A DNA stretch of 32,000 nucleotides from Bacillus subtilis subsp. subtilis str. 168 (GTDB lineage Bacteria; Bacillota; Bacilli; Bacillales; Bacillaceae): NCBI RefSeq assembly GCF_000009045.1, contig NC_000964.3, positions 2,220,001 through 2,252,000 on the forward strand, read 5' to 3'. Below, piece by piece: positions 27,367 to 32,000 of this stretch. Numbering within the stretch: position 1 is the first letter of the stretch; each line of letters starts with the position of its first letter. Below the pieces are notes generated by a model. The model worked only from the letters and a program-made list of their open reading frames with translations. It had not been told where the DNA came from and made no database searches. Made by a program: the position numbers and the translations under genes.

Positions 27367-27543
27367 TTAAGAATCTGAATTACTAAATACTTGCTTAATT
27401 TTATAAGCAATTACAGCGAGGTATAAAATTGCAACAAACACTAAAACTCCAGTGCCATAATCAGTTTTTGCAACTAGAAAAAGACTTAACACACCGAAAA
27501 TAATGTACATTACAATATCAAAGATATTTTTCTTGTTGTTCAT
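27367..27543 (-). CDS. Small membrane protein, 58 aa, below the ORF-track cutoff
   Basis: My translation: MNNKKNIFDIVMYIIFGVLSLFLVAKTDYGTGVLVFVAILYLAVIAYKIKQVFSNSDS, two hydrophobic helices, preceded by GGGGGAG. Coordinates +/-1. Confidence 0.65.
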   Translation of the reverse strand: MNNKKNIFDIVMYIIFGVLSLFLVAKTDYGTGVLVFVAILYLAVIAYKIKQVFSNSDS

Positions 27544-27879
27544 TTAAACTCCCCCGTTTAGCAATTGATTCCAGGTGCATATTTGATTGCAGCCCCAGTG
27601 TATTAAATACTTACAATTTTGTCCAACCCGAACTCTCTGGCAATATTACTTTAATCATATTGCAAAATAATTTTTTGAATTATTTCAGCACACCTACTCT
27701 AACATGATTCTTTTTTGATTTACATAAAAAATCGAAAAATTGAGTCATTTTTCCTTGGAGAATGACTGTGTATAAATCTTAAAAAGGACTATTCATTCAT
27801 TTTGAAAATTAGAGAAACGTACTCTCAGAAACCTAATTTCCATTAAAATCCTTTGCGTATTTGTCGATAATATGGAGAG

Positions 27880-28335
27880 GTGATGAAAATGTTCAATAAA
27901 AAAGTATTAAAGCACAATCTGGCTGAAATGAATCCTAAAGAATTAATAAAGTTTATCAAGCATGAATTTCCTATTAATGGACAAGATTATCATACACATG
28001 CAAGGAAAGTCCAAATAATAAAATCTTTAAGCCCGTCTGAATTATCATCTGCCATTGCAAGGATGGAAGGAATAAAATCGCAATATGATCCATCTAAAAC
28101 TTGGGGGATTGGAAGTTTGATTTTGGGAACATCGTTTATAGGATTTCAAGTATTATTTGGTGTGAATATATCAAAAATTACTGAGGGAAACCGATTGAAT
28201 GCATTAATTTACGTATTAATCACAATCATAATTTGCTTATGGACACTTCGTAATATTATAAAAGATAAAGAAAATGCTACAACTGCAGATTATCTCAAAG
28301 AACTGCTCATTCAGATAAAATCAGAAAAGAACTAA
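27880..28335 (+). CDS. Membrane protein, two predicted TM segments (YomK-like by position)
   Basis: 151 aa with GSLILGTSFIGFQVLFGVNI and LNALIYVLITIIICLWTL hydrophobic stretches. Confidence 0.75.
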   Translation: MMKMFNKKVLKHNLAEMNPKELIKFIKHEFPINGQDYHTHARKVQIIKSLSPSELSSAIARMEGIKSQYDPSKTWGIGSLILGTSFIGFQVLFGVNISKITEGNRLNALIYVLITIIICLWTLRNIIKDKENATTADYLKELLIQIKSEKN

Positions 28336-28416
28336 TGATTTCACTTTCCATTTATACAGTTCTCCATGACTGGAAACAATGGTATAATGTAGGAAAATGA
28401 TACCGGCGGTGGTTGA

Positions 28417-29100
28417 ATGGGATATAAGTTTATGGCTTATGGTGGCTATTTTTTATTCTGTCTTTTCTTTTTGCTAATGGACGGCTGGAGAGGCATGGGA
28501 ATTTGCTTAATAATTGTAGGTTTAGCCCTATTAGCACTTGAGCCCTATAAAATTAAAGCCCAAAAAAATATAGATAAACTAAAAGAAAATGCGGAAACAC
28601 TTAAGCACTTCGACGGTGGTTTTAATCCAGACAATTTCTTTAATACTTACAAAACTAAAATTGCATTTAAGGAATCTGATTCCCTTGTGAAAATATATCA
28701 GCTTAATAAAGATGAACATATTGAAGAATACACAATCCCTTTTTCCAATGTTATAGAATCCGAAATTGCTTTAGACAATCAAATAATTTCTAAAGTATCA
28801 AAATCAGGAATCGTAGCTGGTGGCCTGTTAGCTGGAGGAATTGGAGCTGCAATTGGAGGGTTGTCTGCCTCTTCAATACAAAATGAAATGGTCAAATCTG
28901 TCACGCTAAAGATTACTGTTGAAGACCTCGGTAAGCCTATCCATTATATCGATTTTCTCCCCACACAAGAAGTTGAAGGGTATAATATTCAGGGGTATAA
29001 AAAAGATAGCAATGTCATTCAACAAGCACTTACGAATGCAGAATATTGGCATGGTGTTATGGATGTAATTATTAAGAAAGCAAACAAAGTCGCTCAATAA
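28417..29100 (+). CDS. Membrane protein, N-terminal TM pair plus glycine-rich hydrophobic segment (YomJ-like by position)
   Basis: 227 aa with FMAYGGYFLFCLFFLLMDGWRGMGICLIIVGLALLAL and GIVAGGLLAGGIGAAIGG. Confidence 0.75.
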   Translation: MGYKFMAYGGYFLFCLFFLLMDGWRGMGICLIIVGLALLALEPYKIKAQKNIDKLKENAETLKHFDGGFNPDNFFNTYKTKIAFKESDSLVKIYQLNKDEHIEEYTIPFSNVIESEIALDNQIISKVSKSGIVAGGLLAGGIGAAIGGLSASSIQNEMVKSVTLKITVEDLGKPIHYIDFLPTQEVEGYNIQGYKKDSNVIQQALTNAEYWHGVMDVIIKKANKVAQ

Positions 29101-29117
29101 CTGAGTGGCTTTTTTCT
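29087..29117 (+). terminator. Intrinsic terminator after the 28417-29100 gene
   Basis: AAGTCGCTCA (29087-29096) / TGAGTGGCTT (29102-29111), 10 bp with G.U pairs, then TTTTTCTTTG. Confidence 0.8.
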
Positions 29118-29153
29118 TTGTCCTCTCCCCTACTGAAAGGAAGTGATTCTTAC

Positions 29154-32000
29154 TTGAGTCAAAACCTCAAAATTATACTAACCCCGCAAGCTGATACCTC
29201 ATCCAAAACTGTCGAACAGTTAAATCAGCAAATTAAATCCCTGGAAAAGAAACTCAACTCCCTCAAGCTCAATACAAACATTGATTCTACAACCTTAAAA
29301 GCTCTGCAAGAATTCTCCTCTGCTATCGACACATATCAGAAAAACCTAAAATCCTATAATCAAACAGTTAAAGAAACCTCAACAGTAATTAAGAATGCTG
29401 ACGGATCAGTTGAAAAGCTCACCCAGCAGTATAAGAAAAATGGTGAGATACTTCAACGTGAAACAAAAATAATCAACAATCGTAATACAGCATTAAAGCA
29501 AGAAACTCAAGAGGTTAACAAGCTAACACAGGCCACTGAGAAACTAGGACAGGTTCAAAAAAAGACTGTGCAGAGAAATCTGCAAGGACAGCCAACAAAG
29601 GTAGTGCAGAAAAACCGCCACGGGTTCGATGATATTGTTTATACAACTGATCCTAAAACTAATTCGACCTCCTCAAAAACTACAACTAATTATGACCAAC
29701 AAAGGAGAGCAATTGAGCAGCTTAAGCAAGATTTAGAGAAGCTTAGACAGCAAGGTATTGTTACTGATACGACCATCTCATCTCTTGGCCGAAAAATAAA
29801 CACAGCTCAATCCGCTCAACAAATTGAAGCACTGCAAAATAGGATAAGGATGTTAGATGATAAATCTGCGGCAGTTGCGAAGAACAATGAATTAAAGAAA
29901 ACCATTGAATTATATCAGCGACAGGCACAAGTAAATGTTCAAAACCTAAATACACGGTATGGCAGTTCTATGGGCTCTAGTAATAGACAAGCTGTTCAAG
30001 ATTATTTGAATGCAGTAAATAGTCTTAATGTAAGCACTGGAAGCAATAATATCAGATCACAAATTCAAAGCTTGAATATGCAATTTAGAGAATTAGCCTC
30101 CAACGCTCAAACAGCTGCTAATCAAGCCTCTTCTTTTGGAGCAGAACTAACCCAAACCTTCAAAAGCATGTCCACCTATTTAATCTCCGGTTCTTTATTC
30201 TACGGAGCTATCTCTGGACTTAAAGAAATGGTATCCCAGGCAATAGAAATTGATACTCTCATGACAAATATTCGCCGTGTTATGAATGAGCCGGATTATA
30301 AATATAATGAACTTCTCCAAGAATCTATTGACTTAGGTGATACACTTTCAAATAAAATCACAGATATTCTTCAAATGACAGGCGATTTTGGGAGAATGGG
30401 TTTCGATGAAAGTGAGCTCTCCACGTTAACGAAAACTGCCCAAGTTCTTCAAAATGTCTCTGATTTAACTCCCGATGATACAGTTAACACTCTAACGGCA
30501 GCAATGCTCAACTTTAATATTGCAGCAAATGATTCAATATCAATTGCAGATAAATTAAATGAGGTTGATAATAACTATGCTGTTACAACTCTAGATCTGG
30601 CCAATTCTATCCGTAAAGCTGGTTCAACTGCTTCTACATTCGGGGTAGAGCTAAATGATCTTATTGGTTATACAACTGCAATTGCTAGTACAACACGTGA
30701 ATCAGGGAATATCGTCGGGAACTCCTTAAAGACAATTTTCGCGCGGATTGGGAATAATCAAAGCTCAATTAAAGCGTTAGAACAGATTGGTATCTCAGTT
30801 AAAACAGCTGGTGGTGAAGCTAAATCAGCAAGTGATTTAATTAGTGAAGTTGCTGGTAAGTGGGATACGCTTTCTGATGCTCAGAAACAAAATACTTCAA
30901 TTGGAGTAGCTGGTATTTATCAATTATCCCGTTTTAATGCAATGATGAACAACTTCTCTATTGCTCAGAATGCGGCTAAAACTGCGGCTAACTCAACAGG
31001 AAGTGCTTGGAGTGAGCAGCAAAAGTATGCAGATAGTCTACAAGCTAGGGTAAATAAGCTTCAAAATAACTTCACTGAATTTGCTATTGCAGCTTCTGAT
31101 GCTTTTATTAGCGACGGATTAATTGAATTTACTCAAGCCGCAGGTTCTTTGCTTAACGCTTCTACAGGAGTAATCAAATCAGTTGGGTTCCTACCTCCCC
31201 TTTTAGCTGCAGTAAGCACTGCAACCCTTTTGCTCAGTAAGAATACCCGCACATTAGCCAGCAGCCTAATTTTGGGCACACGTGCAATGGGGCAAGAAAC
31301 TTTAGCGACTGCTGGGCTAGAAGCTGGTATGACTCGTGCAGCAGTCGCCTCAAGAGTTCTAAAAACTGCTCTTCGAGGGTTGCTTGTTTCAACTTTAGTT
31401 GGCGGTGCATTTGCTGCTTTGGGATGGGCGCTAGAATCATTAATTTCTTCTTTTGCAGAAGCTAAAAAAGCTAAAGATGATTTTGAGCAGAGCCAGCAAA
31501 CCAATGTCGAAGCAATTACGACCAATAAAGACTCCACTGATAAACTAATACAGCAATATAAAGAGCTTCAAAAAGTTAAAGAGTCAAGATCTTTAACTTC
31601 AGATGAAGAGCAAGAATACCTTCAAGTCACTCAGCAATTAGCACAAACTTTCCCTGCATTAGTTAAAGGCTATGATTCTCAAGGAAATGCAATTCTTAAG
31701 ACAAATAAAGAGCTTGAAAAAGCGATTGAGAATACTAAAGAGTATTTGGCTTTAAAGAAACAAGAAACAAGAGACAGCGCAAAGAAAACATTCGAAGACG
31801 CTTCTAAGGAAATTAAAAAGTCTAAGGATGAATTAAAGCAGTACAAACAAATAGCTGACTACAACGATAAAGGTAGACCTAAATGGGATCTCATTGCAGA
31901 TGACGATGACTATAAGGTTGCAGCTGATAAAGCTAAACAAAGTATGCTCAAAGCTCAATCTGACATTGAGAGTGGAAATGCTAAAGTTAAAGATAGCGTC
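29154..32000 (+). CDS. yomI: Phage tail tape measure protein (partial, runs off the window)
   Basis: TTG start with AAAGGAAG RBS; long open frame LSQNLKIILTPQADTSSKTVEQLNQQI...TMP-type segment DTLMTNIRRVMNEPDYKYNELLQESIDLGDTLSNKITDILQMTGDFGRMGFDESELSTLTKTAQVLQNVSDL...GNSLKTIFARIG. Confidence 0.85.
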   Translation, partial: MSQNLKIILTPQADTSSKTVEQLNQQIKSLEKKLNSLKLNTNIDSTTLKALQEFSSAIDTYQKNLKSYNQTVKETSTVIKNADGSVEKLTQQYKKNGEILQRETKIINNRNTALKQETQEVNKLTQATEKLGQVQKKTVQRNLQGQPTKVVQKNRHGFDDIVYTTDPKTNSTSSKTTTNYDQQRRAIEQLKQDLEKLRQQGIVTDTTISSLGRKINTAQSAQQIEALQNRIRMLDDKSAAVAKNNELKKTIELYQRQAQVNVQNLNTRYGSSMGSSNRQAVQDYLNAVNSLNVSTGSNNIRSQIQSLNMQFRELASNAQTAANQASSFGAELTQTFKSMSTYLISGSLFYGAISGLKEMVSQAIEIDTLMTNIRRVMNEPDYKYNELLQESIDLGDTLSNKITDILQMTGDFGRMGFDESELSTLTKTAQVLQNVSDLTPDDTVNTLTAAMLNFNIAANDSISIADKLNEVDNNYAVTTLDLANSIRKAGSTASTFGVELNDLIGYTTAIASTTRESGNIVGNSLKTIFARIGNNQSSIKALEQIGISVKTAGGEAKSASDLISEVAGKWDTLSDAQKQNTSIGVAGIYQLSRFNAMMNNFSIAQNAAKTAANSTGSAWSEQQKYADSLQARVNKLQNNFTEFAIAASDAFISDGLIEFTQAAGSLLNASTGVIKSVGFLPPLLAAVSTATLLLSKNTRTLASSLILGTRAMGQETLATAGLEAGMTRAAVASRVLKTALRGLLVSTLVGGAFAALGWALESLISSFAEAKKAKDDFEQSQQTNVEAITTNKDSTDKLIQQYKELQKVKESRSLTSDEEQEYLQVTQQLAQTFPALVKGYDSQGNAILKTNKELEKAIENTKEYLALKKQETRDSAKKTFEDASKEIKKSKDELKQYKQIADYNDKGRPKWDLIADDDDYKVAADKAKQSMLKAQSDIESGNAKVKDSV

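Noticed and set aside
31133-31537. 134-aa minus-strand ORF in the tape measure gene
   Set aside because: Antisense shadow of the long Ala/Ser/Leu-rich tape-measure frame.
1-32000. CRISPR array, rRNA or IS element
   Set aside because: No regularly spaced direct repeats of 24-40 bp, no rRNA-like sequence and no transposase ORF were seen.

Overview
The window matches the late/structural half of an SPbeta-like Bacillus prophage. Read left to right it holds: a minus-strand lipoprotein gene and XRE repressor; a small gene plus a single-subunit RNA polymerase of the YonO type (2574-5093, catalytic DNDGD); an HU-like protein (YonN type); and YonK. A long plus-strand late operon follows, with a metallophosphoesterase, terminase, portal, protease/scaffold, capsid, connector and tail genes, a tail fibre, XkdW/XkdX-like proteins, a tyrosine recombinase-like protein (YomM type) and the start of the tape-measure gene. 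Two minus-strand insertions sit in this block (8756-9166 and 26151-27543). The most interesting part is the ~1.65-kb interval 5616-7264, between the HU-like gene and yonK. It has no credible ORF but contains many long, nested, near-perfect inverted repeats: a 22-bp helix at 5988-6077, a 16-bp helix at 5802-5842, a 15-bp helix closing 7146-7264 and about 20 more. I interpret it as one or two large structured noncoding RNAs placed between the phage RNA polymerase gene and the late operon. Secondary signals are: a recurrent strand-biased pyrimidine motif (about TACTCCCCTTC) found in coding, intergenic and hairpin-loop contexts; a five-copy TTACGAT/ATCGTAA cluster upstream of the polymerase operon; a shared 13-bp operator candidate for the XRE repressor; a probable ATT start codon; and an un-annotated 58-aa membrane ORF. 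Family and order-based names come from recall of SPbeta, not from a database search.
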